64,000 nt of DNA, taken from NCBI GenBank assembly GCA_038087875.1, contig CM075977.1:132060001-132124000 (forward strand), given 5' to 3'. The notes under the pieces were generated by a model. That model ran no database searches. It saw nothing but the letters and a program-made list of their open reading frames with translations, and was not told the DNA's origin. Positions 50,624-64,000 of the stretch are shown piece after piece. This DNA is from Malacoraja senta (lineage: Eukaryota). The stretch's first letter is position 1, and the number at the start of each line of letters is the position of its first letter. The translations under genes and the position numbers were made by a program.

Positions 50624-52849
50624 AGCCACTTACTGATTGAACCCTCGTCACCAGAACTGGAACGGTCATGTGACTGCATTTGGCGGGAAGAGAACGTCAT
50701 CAGTTAAGGGGTGTGTCCTACAACAACAGCAAAAACTTACCTCGAGATCGTGAGTCAACAACCTCACTCAACAGCAGCAACAAACTCGCATGTATGCCAA
50801 ACCTGTAATGTCTTAATAAAAACAACGTTTGTACATGACGTTTGGACTCTACGCCACATTATTTTCAATCCCACAGAGGGTTGACTCGTTATAACATTCT
50901 TGGTCTTTCAGTCCAAACCAGCACTAAAGATAGATGCTCAGGTTGTGCTGGGGAATTTAGTCTCACACCCTAGCAATGAATTTCCCCATGACTTCATGTG
51001 GAGAGGCTGCCTGTGAAGGCTGGTGTGGGAACGTGAAGAGCTGGGGTGAGTGGTGCTTCTCGTCAGCACTGAGTGATGGGGCTCAAAGATAGACCCTGCC
51101 TGGCATGGCGAATACAGTCCAGTCCATTTTCTGGAAGCCGCTGAACCCCTCTTTGTTCACTTGAACAACCCTCCCTAAATCATAGATTTCTTCATGATCA
51201 CTGACCCTTGAGCTTGTTACCATAACAAAATCATTGGGCTGGGGAGAGACATGTAGACAAACAAGAGGATGGAAAAGCAGCAGCTTCCATGACACCCAAT
51301 TAGAGGTGATGAGAGAGACCATTAGGATCCAAGATGTCTGTTAAACCTGAAGCAGTTGCTGCCAGTCCCAAGCACGGGCCTGCTCTCACTAAGCTGGCCA
51401 AGGTGCAGCCCCCAAAGCCCCATATCTGAGCATTGAGCAGTCACACTGCTCATCCTGGCCCACCCAACACGAGTCCTCACATGCAACCTCTCCATAAGGA
51501 ATTGTGGGCGATTCATTGCTTGATTTACACCAGCTTCCCAGCACAGAGGCCCTGCAACACAACTCTCTATAAATAATTGTAAAATGATTCTTTTCAGTAT
51601 TGCTTTGATTATCATATTCCTGGAAACAGATAAAGTGTGATTTATTGGCAAAGAACCAGGACTGAGACGTTCCACCTGGTAGTTTTGCTTTGAGCACTAC
51701 AAATTGAATTTGATGCTTTTACATAGCTAATCATTAGGGGGTTGTCATTTAAAAAATGCTGCCCCCTACCTTCAAGACAATTTGTGATCCAATGAGTCAA
51801 CTCGTCTTGATCCCCATCTGCGTTAACCTTCTGGACCAGCCTCCCATGTAGGACCTTGTCAGAACCCTTCTTCTGGCTGATAGGAGGAGGGTGGAGTGAG
51901 CTGGGAAAGAGAGGTGGGGGTGGGACAAAACCTGGCAAGTGATATGTGGATACAGGCAAGGAGGATTTGATTGCCAAATGGGCGGAGTAAGTGACAAAAG
52001 CTAGAGGTGAAAAGGGGACAAAGGGTGCGGAAAAAATAGGAAGGTTCCTCTTGGAGGAGCAGAGGCACAGTTCTTTTCGTCCATTTCTGCAATTTTAATA
52101 TCATAACACTCGTCAGCATTATGAATTAATTTAATCTGAGCCCTTTGGCATCGAACTTCTATAAAATCCTGTTCGCCAAGGCAGCCAAGTCTGATATCCT
52201 GCAACAGCTTAAACTGCCTAAGTTATAACCTCTGCATACATCAATCATGGGAATGTTTATTGGCAGATAATATCGTTCAATTTTGCTTTATTTCCACCAT
52301 TGCTTTATGGTCGAACATCATGGTACGCATCTTTGATAAACATAGATGTCACGTTGTCGGGAAAACTAAATATTGGCTTTTAAACTTTAAAGGTACCTAC
52401 GCACACCATCACACAAAAAGTTATAATTGTTATTTACAGGTTCATGAGAACATGGTCACATTGTATTTTAACTTTGACAGATTCATCTAACCTTCGTCCG
52501 CATAACTAACACTTGAGAATGTATTATGCTTGTCTTTTAGTGCTGTTGACGATTAGAACGTTTTGCCATTTCACGAATGCATTCTCCAAATCAGTTTCAA
52601 CCAAACCCCCAGTAATCTGCAGCATGAAATAGCTACGCAAATCGCAAGGAACTACATTCATTAATTGAGTTGTGAAATATTTAAATGCGTTTTTTTTTTA
52701 GTAAACCGACAAGAGTTAAGAACAAATCTGTCGGTAAACAAGAACCTTGCCTACGGTCAGAGTAACCTTAGCAAAGTATGTTTGTCAACTGCTTGGAGAA
52801 GACTTGCATTCCCTGCAACCAGCGCTCACTGTACATGTCCTGTGCGTTG

Positions 52850-53066
52850 ATTGTGTTGCCAGGGAACACACTCGAACATTGACCTCGAAGCCACAATCGT
52901 TGCCGTGGTTGCAGTAGAGCACTGCCTCCCTGTGCCTGGTGAATCGTGCCGTGATGGTTTCCAGTGGGAGGCTCAACCTTCCACCCACCTTTTGACATGG
53001 GGAGCAGGGAGGCAATGCCTGGAAGCTGATCATGATGCAAAGTCAGTGAATCATGGGAGGAACAAG
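52850..53066 (+). promoter_or_regulatory. Putative ZNF474-like promoter/non-coding first exon with RFX X-box-like sites
   Basis: GTTGCCAGGGAAC at 52855-52867 and GTTGCCGTGGTTGC at 52899-52912. AAG|gttagt donor at 53066. Strong acceptor tctctttctcag| at 55300 upstream of the CDS. Confidence 0.45.
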
Positions 53067-53479
53067 GTTAGTAATCTGTGCACACTTACAATAAAACATT
53101 CGATGTGTCTAGAGACAGTCGGGTTGGCCTCCCTACAAATCCTGAGTTCGTGGCCACTCCATGGCCAGAACTTACTTAAATTTTAGTCTCGAGCTTCATT
53201 CACAGAATAGCAGAATAGCTGCAGCAGGAGAGAACCATTCAGCCTATCCAGCCCCCGTCAGCTCTATGCAAAAGAAGACCAACTAGTGCCCATTTCCCAC
53301 CCGCCCAATAGCCCTGAATATTTCCCTTTTCAGATTTATCCCATTTCTCATGTCACTTTTGTTTTTTGGCCAATTACCCTTGCTCCAAATCTTTCAGTGC
53401 CTGAACTTTCTATCTCAGGAACAATTTCACTCAAACTACTTTCTCTAAACTCTAACTTGTTCTTTTAAACACCTCTGTC

Positions 53480-54290
53480 AGATCCACTCTCATTACGAGA
53501 ATAAATTCTGCATCCAGAGCTTATCCATGTAACTGAAGTTGCTCATCCCAAGGATCATTCTACTGTTTCTCATCTGCACCATATCCAATGTCTTCATATC
53601 TTTCCTGAGGTGTGGTGCCCAGAAATTGCATTTGCGACTAAACCAATATTTTCTATAAAGATTTATTATGACCCCCTTGCTCTTGTCCATATGCTTCTAC
53701 TCACAAAGCTCGGATCATGTGTGCCTTTTTCACTGCTCTGACACTTCCAATGATTTATACATATGTACATCCAGATCCCTTTGTCCCTGTAACACTTTTA
53801 GAATTAGGTCCTCTACACTGCTTCTCCTCATTCTATTTTTCTGCATTACATTTCATCTGGTGCATATCCACCCACACCACCAATCTGTCTAAAGCATTTT
53901 AAAGTCTATTGCTAGTCTCTTCCAGGTTTGCCTTACCTGCAGATTTGGAAATTCTGCCCTGCAAACCACATTAGAGACATTAATATATATTAAGAAAAGC
54001 AGTTGTCTTAACATTCCCAGGGGAACACTGATATACATTTCCTTCCAACTCAGAAAATAAATATTTCTTACTAATCTGTTTCCTATTGCTCAGCCAGTCT
54101 TCTATCCGTGGCTGCTGCTGTACCTTTTATTCAATGAGTTTCAATCTTGATGACAAGTAAATTATGCGGCACTTTACCAAGTGCCCTTTGAAAGTCCATG
54201 ATAACCACATATCCAAAAGGTCCTTCATTGACGATATTCTCACAAAACTTTATTAAGCCAGTTAAACATAATTTGCCCTGGACAAATAGA
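53480..54290 (-). mobile_element. Old CR1-like LINE fragment
   Basis: FWAPHLRKD..LDMVQ remnants. Confidence 0.55.
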
Positions 54291-54600
54291 TTTTTCTAAA
54301 ATATTTCTCCACTTCTCAGGTTGAGTGGCACAGTGGTAGAGTTGCTGCCTCACAGTGCCTTTCAGTGATCATTTTGCCTGTCAATCATTGATTCTGATTT
54401 ACCTGGACTAGATTTCTTCTCATCCTTTAGACATTTGCCCTTCTCCTATTGACTGTTTTTATCATCCTTATCCATTATGATTCTGAACCTTATGATATTG
54501 TAAACATCAATACAGCTTCCCTGGTGTTTTGTTAGAAACATCTCCAACATCCTCATATAAACCTAAGCACAAAAGATAAACAAAACAAAATGTATGCGAA

Positions 54601-54962
54601 ACCCCATTGAGATAATAATCTGCCCCCTTGTTTTTGCCGCCAAAGTGGATAACCTCACATTTATCTATATTATACTGCATCTGCCACGCATCTGCCCACT
54701 CACTCAACTTGTCCAGGTCACCCTGCAACCTCCTAACGTCCTCTTCACAGTTCACACTGCCACCCAGCTTTGTGTCATCCACAAACTTGCTGGTGTTTCC
54801 CCTAATACCCTCTTACAAATCATTAATATATATGGTAAACAGTTACGGCCCCAACACCGAGCCTTGCGGCACTCCACTCGCCACTGCCTGCCATTGTAAA
54901 AAGGACCCGTTCACTCCTACTCTTTGCTTCCTGTCTGCCAACCAATTTTCTATCCATGTCAA
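54601..54962 (-). mobile_element. CR1 RT fragment
   Basis: DDTKLGGSVNCEED...QMQYNIDKCEVIHFG. Confidence 0.85.
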
Positions 54963-55588
54963 TTTTCTATCACTAAATGACTCGTAAATTACTAGTCCTT
55001 TATACATTGTAGGAACCACTTTCTCTTATCTCCTTTGCATATCCTTAATGACAAATTAATCCACCATGATTATTCTGTGTTTTTTATTTGTTTTAATAAT
55101 TTATCTGCATATATAAAGCTATGTTGGGCTGCTTTGAAACACTGGTTATCCCACAACTGGAGTATTGAGTTAATTTCTAGTAATTACCCTGCAGGAAGAA
55201 CGTAAATGTTTTGGAAAGATCAAATAGAATGATAGAATAAACAAAAATATTGTTTCTCAATAACAATGCTTTTTAATTGAACATTGTATCTCTTTCTCAG
55301 AAGTCCTCTATGAAGCCTGAGGTGCTCTTATGATATAACCACAAATCTGTACAAAAACATCACTTAACAAATTTGTCTAATTGAAAATGATTAACTTCAA
55401 GCATGTGTGAACTGTGAGAGAAAATCTCCATACTCATTTACAGGACTAACATCTATTCATATGAAAACTCAAATCATTTCATCATCATCATCATAACTTA
55501 CTGCATATCTATAGCAAATTATTATCAAGTCTCAAGAATTCTACAACTGAAAACACTTTCCACACAATTGTTCAATAACAAGATTTAG

Positions 55589-56080
<492 letters not shown>

Positions 56081-57829
56081 TAAAAAAAGAATAAATCTGC
56101 TTAAGATGGTAAATCAAGAGTGGGCAAAGACTTCAGTGGATCTGAAGAGAAGGATATGTTTAAGGCCAAGGTGTAATTTAACCTCACAGGATTGAAGGAT
56201 GGGCAGCTGGGTAGTATGGCATGGAATATCTATCAGTGGTGCAGATTTGTATGAATTGCAGTTTGTGTAAGGTAGATCTTCAGAATACAGTGAGAGGATT
56301 TGAGACGTTGGAATCAATTTATATATCAATGTCAGTCAGTTCTACATAATTAGTATCTTATATAAATCCTAGCAAAATGATAAATTCCAGTTCGTTTCTA
56401 CCTAATACAAAATTGGATGTAGATATGGATGAGTATTGCCATTCAAAATTGTGTGTTGGTGAATTTTAAGTCTTTAATATACTTAAGTAAATACAGAGAA
56501 GTTCAAAGCTGTGACATTTGATTCTCATCATAAAGTAATTTCCTTAGCCACCAACTCAAATCTCCTAGATACTTGCAATCTATTGAAAACAGAATCAGGT
56601 CGCCAGCAACATTTGTGCAAGTGCCCTGCTTTTTGTCCCCTTGTTTGATCACTTTTCCTATGCTATAAAAAGTACCGTAATCCCCCCCATTAGCAGGCTT
56701 CTGAAAAACATGCATATGTTAGGAGAAACCGTTTAGGGAACAAAACTAAGTTAGAGGAGAATTCTATGAAACCAGTTGGTCCCAGTTTTAAGAATTGATT
56801 TTCTACTAGGAAGAAGTAGAGAAAATTAGAAAGAACCATTTCACACAACAAGCTGCAAATGGAGTAGATCAGCAAGGACATACAAGGTTTTGTATGTATT
56901 TTCAAAATATTAGAATTAGAATATTGACAATAAGGTTCATGCACATTTCTGCCAAAACAAAAGTTTCATTCTGGCTCAGCACCTACTCATATGAAAATAT
57001 CCTCAACCATGACATAAAGAATGAGACCTAATTATGTCAACCTGAAAACAACCCATTTATGCTGTCTTTCAGTTTTCTGCATGTTAGCTACCCTCCTATC
57101 CATATCCAATATATTACTTGCAATCTGTGCATTCATGTCTTATGTAGTTATTATGTAAAACCTTATTGACAAACAAATTTGGAAATCCAGTAGACTACAT
57201 TTACTGTTTTTTTCTTTATCCACCTGATGTCCCTTTGACCAAGAAACCAAGTGACATCGCAGGCAACCCAGTAATGGCTTGGAAATAGACCGTCAGAAAT
57301 AGAAAATCAATTTGATTTTAGTAACTATGGAAAGTAACACATGAACAAGAGCTCTTCGTGGGGATCTCTGAGGATATTGTCTTTAATACCTGCAGGGGAT
57401 CCACTGTTTAGCATTCTGATAGAATGGGCACCCTCTCACTTTTCATGTTCTTCTCTTCTGTGGCTAAGAGCATGGAAACTATAAAAGGAAAAAAAAACTG
57501 TTACTTTACTCTCTGTTCATGTTGACTGAAACAAAATGGTGTAATTTCTTCCTACAACAATATGGATATGTTTCTCTGAATATGCACTTGAATTTATTAA
57601 CTGGGCTATCCAATGACATGAGCACATTTGAACCCTGGTTTGGTTTTGCCTTCTGAAGGCTTTGCTCAGCCTGGGGAATGTAAGGTAAGCAAATACACTG
57701 GTGCATTCTTAACCTAGTATCCATTTTAGCTCGGTTTCATACCAATGCGCTAAATTTCATGTGCCTTTTGAGTTATGTAGTACATTTTAGTTTAGAATTG
57801 AAACACTGACATTTAACAATTGTCTTTAG

Positions 57830-58027
<198 letters not shown>

Positions 58028-58179
58028 TAATTCTTTAATATTTCTATTGTAGCTTAATTATTAAAAATACAGCTAATTTTATGTTTAATTTTGATTGGTT
58101 TGTTTCAAGCAATCATTCTACATAATGCAAAGGTATCTCTGACATGTATGTCCTGTTTGCTACACTTCATGTATTAAAT

Positions 58180-58812
58180 AACAAGAGGATTTCAGTATAG
58201 GAGTAAAGAGGTTCTTCTGCAGTTGTACAGGGCTCTGATGAGACCACATCTGGAGTATTGTGTACAGTTTTGGTCTCCTAATTTGAGGAAGGACATCCTT
58301 GTGATTGAGGCAGTGCAACGTAGGTTCACGAGATTGATCCCTGAGATGGAGGGACTGTCATACGAGGAAAGATTGAAAAGACTAGGCTTGTATTCACTGG
58401 AGTTTAGAAGGATGAGAAGGGATCTTATAGAAGCATATAAAATTATATAAGGACTGGACAAGCTAGATGCAGGAAAAATGTTCCCAATGTGGGGCTAGTC
58501 CAGAACCAGGGGCCACAGTCTTAGAATAAATGGGAGGTCATTTAAGACTGAGGTGAGAAAAAACTTTTTCACCCAGAGAGTTGTGAATTTATGGAATTCC
58601 CTGCCACAGAGGGCAGTGGAGGCCAAGTCACTGGATGGATTTAAGAGAGAGTTAGATAGAGCTCTAGTGGCTAGTGGAGTCAAGGGATATGGGGAGAAGG
58701 CAGGCAGGGGTTATTGATAGGGGACGATCAGCCATGATCACAATGAATGGCGGTGCTGGCTCAAAGGGCCGAATGGCCTCATGCACCTATTTTCTATGTT
58801 TCTATGTTTCTA
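58180..58812 (+). mobile_element. CR1 3' end
   Basis: RPHLEYCVQFWSP; (TTTCTATG)n tail. Confidence 0.9.
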
Positions 58813-59539
58813 AATCTTCCTTTCCTGTGCTGATTGATATGCGTCACATATATAGATGATGGCTTCATATTTATATTTTCCTAGCTCAAGTTAAACTTTC
58901 GATCTGAATCGATGCTACATTACTGAAAATGTAAACTTTCTTAACAGCTGATGGGAAACTAATTCATGAAATTCATTAATTAAATGCATCTTTGGAATTA
59001 TTTTTTCCCTCAGCCTACCAATTGTAGATACAATTTGAACGTTTTTTTGCTGAAAGAATTTCAAGGGGAGCCATTTTCAATTGTTTATTTTTACTTAAGA
59101 AGCAGAATTCCTTTGTCCGCTATTCATGCAGATATTTTTGAATAATAGCACTGTTAACAATATTCCCCAGTCTTATGACAAGGGAATAACGTTTATCGCA
59201 AGATATCGGCAGTGAAGTCCGATCAACGATAGTCTGGGGGTCACCAATAGTAGTTCAGGTCTGCTCTCTGGTTGTGGTAGGATGATTCAGTTGCCTGATA
59301 ATAGTTGGGAAAAAACTGTCCCTGACACTTTTATACCTTTGTTCCTCAGGATTAAATCTAGTAGTCTCTTCCTCACGAGTTCAAAAAGCCCTCCAGAAAT
59401 TCCACCCCCAGTGATCTTCCACATTAGGATGATCCCAGTTAATATTGGCCCACTGGAAATCTCCAACTATTATCATCTTACTTTGTCTAATCCTCCACTC
59501 CTCTATCTCCTACTGACGAGAGGCTTTTAGCAAACCCCA

Positions 59540-60410
59540 ACAAAGTCACGTTTATTGTCAAATGGACAAGTACAACGAGGTACAAGTACAATGAAAATCT
59601 GGCATGCACAAGCACAAAGACTCAGAAAACACACAAAAACATAAATTATGCATGAATTCATGTACTTTCTGCAAAACAATAAAAGAAAGTGTGCAAAAAA
59701 CAAGACACCAGTGCAAAACATATTAGAAAAACGTTGAAGGTAATGCAAGAGTTGGTTGTGCTGTTTCCTTGCCGAGGTAGGATTAGGGTTCTGTATATCG
59801 GTTCAAGAACCTGATAGTTGTCAGAAGGTAGCTGTACTGGTGGTGTGTTACTTCAGACATCTGGACCTTATGCCCAATGGTAGCAGTGACTAGAGGGCAT
59901 TGTCCAGATTGTGGGGATCCTTGATTAAAAATGCCACCTTCTTGTGGCATACCTCATGCAGATGCTTTTGATGGAGGGGATGTTTGAGCCCATGATGGGC
60001 TGGGCTAAGTCCACCACACTCTGCAGCCTCTTGTGTTCCTGTGCATTGGAATTGATGCATCAGACAATGATGCAACTGGCAACATACTTAGAAGTTTGTT
60101 TTGAGTATTCTGTGACATATTGAATCTCTTTAACCATCTAAGAAAGTAGATGTACTGGCAAGCTTTCATCATGATTATACAGTATCTGTGTGCTGGTCCC
60201 AGGATAAGTCATCCAAGATGTTAACACCCAGGAATTTGAAGCTGCTATCTCCCTCCACTGCCGTTCCCACCAATGACAGCTAGGATGTGTTCTCCTGACT
60301 TTCCATTTCTGAAGTTAACGATTAGTTCCTTCATTTTGTTCACCTTATGGCACCACTCAACCAGGTGTTATATGTCTCCCCCGTACGTTGACTCATCACT
60401 ACCCATGACC
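59540..60410 (-). mobile_element. Degraded Rex1/Babar-like LINE 3' fragment
   Basis: Minus strand KKVAFLIKDPHN (similar to 48612-48720) and a tgacaataaa tail near 59550. Confidence 0.55.
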
Positions 60411-61480
60411 AGCAGCAGTTTTTGATCACTCATTTTTTATTTCTAATCTCTATCCATATGGCGTCAATTGAAGAGCCTTCTGGGACATTCACCCTCATTA
60501 CTACAGTAATGGACTTAATTAATATTGCAATGCCACATCCTCTTTTAATCCCCCTTCCCTACTCATGCCCTGAAGAATCTACGCCCTGGAAAGATGAGTT
60601 GCCGGTCCTGCCTTCTTTCAATCATGTCTCCATGTAAGTAACAATATCACATTTCTATGTACTAATCAACAATGTCAGTTAATTTGCCTGTATCAACAAT
60701 GCTGATGATATTGAATGGCAAGAGTAGTTTGCTGGACTCTTTCTTGCTGGAGAGTTTTATAGCACAGATGTTACTTGCCACATCACCCTATTCCTGAGGG
60801 TTGTCCATGCATTGCAAATATGGTCTGTTACATTCACAAATTAATATTAAATTAATTTCAACGGCAGATATATTACATCTTGTATCTATTTAGCTATATG
60901 TCTTCTCCTAAGTGTCCTACAGCTTCTCACATGGTTCTCCTTTGCAAGAAACTTTATAATAATGAAAAGACTACCGGCTTTCCCCATTTCACCATCACAT
61001 TGTGAACGAGTGCAGGCATGGATTCTTTAGCTATTTCATGCAATATGTTTTCATTGTTTGTAGAGTCAGAGTGGAGTTCAGCATGGAGAAAGGCCCTTCG
61101 ACCTAACTTGTCCAGGACAACCAAGTTGCCTAACCAAGCTAGTCCCATTTCACTGTATCCCTCCAAATCTTCCTTTTATATTTACCTGTCTAAGTGTCTT
61201 TTAAATGTTGTAATTGTACCCACCTCTACCACTTCTTCTGGCAACTCGCTCCATGTATGTACGACTCTAAAGTGCTCATCCTTAAGTCATGAACCTTATC
61301 ATTTCATGTCATTTTAATGGCAGTTTAACCATTTTGTTCTTCACTTAAAGGACAGATTTACCAGCTATTTTTTTGATAACCACTGAACCTTTCTAACTAT
61401 ATTTGTTAACGTTTGGTCATTGCATAACCTGCTGACTTGTCACAAGCCAAGATATAATTCACAAACAAAATCGATGGTGA

Positions 61481-61800
61481 AAAATGCAGGTAAAATGTTC
61501 TTGATGTTGGTGGAGTCCAGAACCAGGGGTCACAGTTTAAGAATAAGGGGTAGGCCATTTAGGACTGAGATAAGGAAAAACGTTTTCACCCAGAGAGTTG
61601 TGAATCTGTGGAATTCTCTGGGTGTTTTCAGGAGAGAGTTCGATATAGCTCTTTGGGCTAATGGAATCAAGGGATATGGGGAGAAAGCAGGAATGGGGTA
61701 CTGATTTTGGATGATCAGCCATGATCACATTGAATGGTGGTGCTGGCTTGAAATGCCAAATGGCCTACTCCTGCACCTATTTTCTATGTTTCTGTTTCTA
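61481..61800 (+). mobile_element. CR1 3' end
   Basis: ESRTRGHSLRIRGRPF and tail. Confidence 0.88.
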
Positions 61801-63264
61801 AAATGCTTTTCTGTCATCTTGTGTGATTTCAAGGTATGAATTTCAGCAAATAGAGCTGCATTTATCTTTATTATCAAGCCTAATCAGGTGGTTAAATGCA
61901 TGAAAAAACAGTCCCCGTAACTGCTTCTTTAATTCTAAAATGACTATGATAGGAAAATCAAATATCACCCAGTGCAAGGCTTTGGTCATGTCTGTGTTAT
62001 GCTGTCAGTCACTAATTATTTCTCATATTAGTGACATTATTGGCAATAACTCTAAAGGCTAGGGAATTGGCAGCAGTACCTTGATGTTCTGAATTTCAAA
62101 GCAACCGGTAGAGGATGAAAGCCACAGTTGATGGGGAACCAAAATCAGCAGAGTTGAAAATTCAGATCACGAGCAGCAAAAAGCATTGTTATGTGGAATA
62201 GGCTACATTGTTAGGAGAAGATCTGATTCACAACCAACTAACCAACCAACCTACCAGGAAAACTAGATTGATGTTTTTTTAAGTCCAGTAAATGATTGTT
62301 ATAACTTTGGGATTGTATAAACAAAAAAAGATTTAATACATTTTATAATCAAAACCAAATATAAACACATTCTACCATAAATCAATTTGTATTTGTGTAC
62401 ATATTTTAGTACACAATGCATTTAACAAATAATCTTCAAGATTCTAATCTGTAGTTAGCAACAAACAGTAATTTTTGCACAACTTTCGCTTACTCATTAA
62501 TTTCAACCCCCCCCCCCCCCCTCCCCCCAAGACAAATTCACCAAGTTATTTGTATTCATGGTCCAAAACAAACTCTACATCATCATCTACTTAAAATAAA
62601 ATTAGTTGATGGTCACAGAGAGTGCTTTGACATTTATACTTCTATTAATCTTGTTGACAATGTATAGAAATTGTATTAGCCTTTTGAACTAACTTTAACT
62701 TTGTTTGTGTAAGTCTTGTGGTATTTCCATAAAAATAATTATATGCCATCACTGAAAATCAACACTGACTACATAATGTACATATATGGTCAAAGGAAAC
62801 CTGCTATCCTTGTGCATCAACACATTTTTAACTTGCCCTCTTCCCAGTTAGAAGAATTAGTTAGTTATAGTGTGGAATGCATAAGGGATTCACTAGAATC
62901 CTGGAACTTTTGCTGTCATGAATAATGCACAACAGCTGGCCTTTCTGACGTTGATGAAGACCAGATCCAGCAGGTCAGGCGTATACAGAGCATTCCAACA
63001 GTGGCCCATGGAACAAGAAAAAAGGTTTAGACATCACAGTAAGATCATTTTTAAAAATGGGTCATATGGGAGAATTCACAAGGATTTAAATAGCTCATAT
63101 TCTGCAACATTCTCCATGATAGACATCTTATTAAAAAGCAACTTCAGTCAAAGTTTAAAAGGGGTTGCTGCAAAACATATTTAGTCCAGAATTTATACAA
63201 AGTGGAATATTTATCTTTAATTTTAATCTTCGATCTTTATGGATTTTCTATCAGGCAACACATT

Positions 63265-63545
63265 CTCAGCAGATAGTGCAGCTTCACTGCTCCGACAACA
63301 CAAGTTCAGTCCGGTGCTAACTCGATGTGGAGTTGGGTTTTCCCTGGATGCTCCAGTTCCCTGCCTTATTTCAATTTGTGCTGGTTGGTGGGTTAATTGA
63401 CCAATGTTAATTACTCACACGGTAGCAGAGTGTCGGGAAAATCAATGGGGAAATTAATGGGAATCTGAGGGACAATAGGTTACAGATAAGTTAGTGAGAA
63501 AAGAGCCAGTATAGATTCAATGGGCCAAATGGGCTCCTTTGTTAT
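63265..63545 (+). mobile_element. Degraded V-SINE-like element
   Basis: gggttttccctggatgctccagttccc and ggtgggttaattgacc central domain, plus a CR1-like tail. Confidence 0.55.
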
Positions 63546-64000
63546 AAGAAAATACAAAAAATACTGGTATTTTTAGCATTACTTGCATTGTGCCATCCTA
63601 CAATAGTGGCATGTTTCACTTGTAAAATCCGTGCATCATCGTTAATAGACTGTACAATTGCTTTTATATCTATTACATCTCATATATCTCCCCCAGAAAA
63701 TGTATGTAATGTTCTGTAAGCACCCTTTAAACATCCAGTACCCAGGAGATATGACTGTATTACATTTGGTCTAGACCAATATTTTCCAGAAAATATTTGC
63801 CTTCTTACATTCTACCTCAGCAACTGTTGCCCAGTCAATGCATCATCCTATGTGCCCACAAGTCATACAGCACAAAAATAAGCCCCATCATCTCATCTTG
63901 TTCACACCGACCAAGGTGCCCATCTATGCTTGACCTGTTTGCCTTTGTTTGACCCATATCATTCTCAACATTTCCTATATATGTTCCTGTCCAAATGTAT

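Overview
Vertebrate genomic DNA, most likely a cartilaginous fish such as a skate or ray. That is inferred from the dense CR1 LINEs, V-SINE-like elements and Penelope-derived repeats, not proven. The window holds the SRFBP1(+) - LOX(-) - ZNF474-like(+) syntenic block. It contains the last three coding exons of SRFBP1 (one carrying four in-frame 150-bp repeats), lysyl oxidase exons 1-6 with exact splice-phase continuity (terminal exon ambiguous), and two coding exons of a C2HC zinc-finger gene. The non-coding DNA is mostly transposon-derived. The most interesting signals are: (i) a dispersed, often self-inverted Penelope-derived family carrying a minimal type-I hammerhead ribozyme core (CUGAAGA-A-GGGUCUCGACCC-GAAAC-GUC), physically linked to GIY-YIG fragments; (ii) a ~3-kb head-to-tail Helitron-like array carrying CRE palindromes, minisatellites and a LINE 3' end; (iii) two inverted copies of a Harbinger-like MITE in LOX intron 3; (iv) a young 850-bp non-autonomous retroelement with a 21-bp TSD nested in CR1. 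All coordinates were counted by hand. Comparisons to human genes are from memory; no database searches were run.
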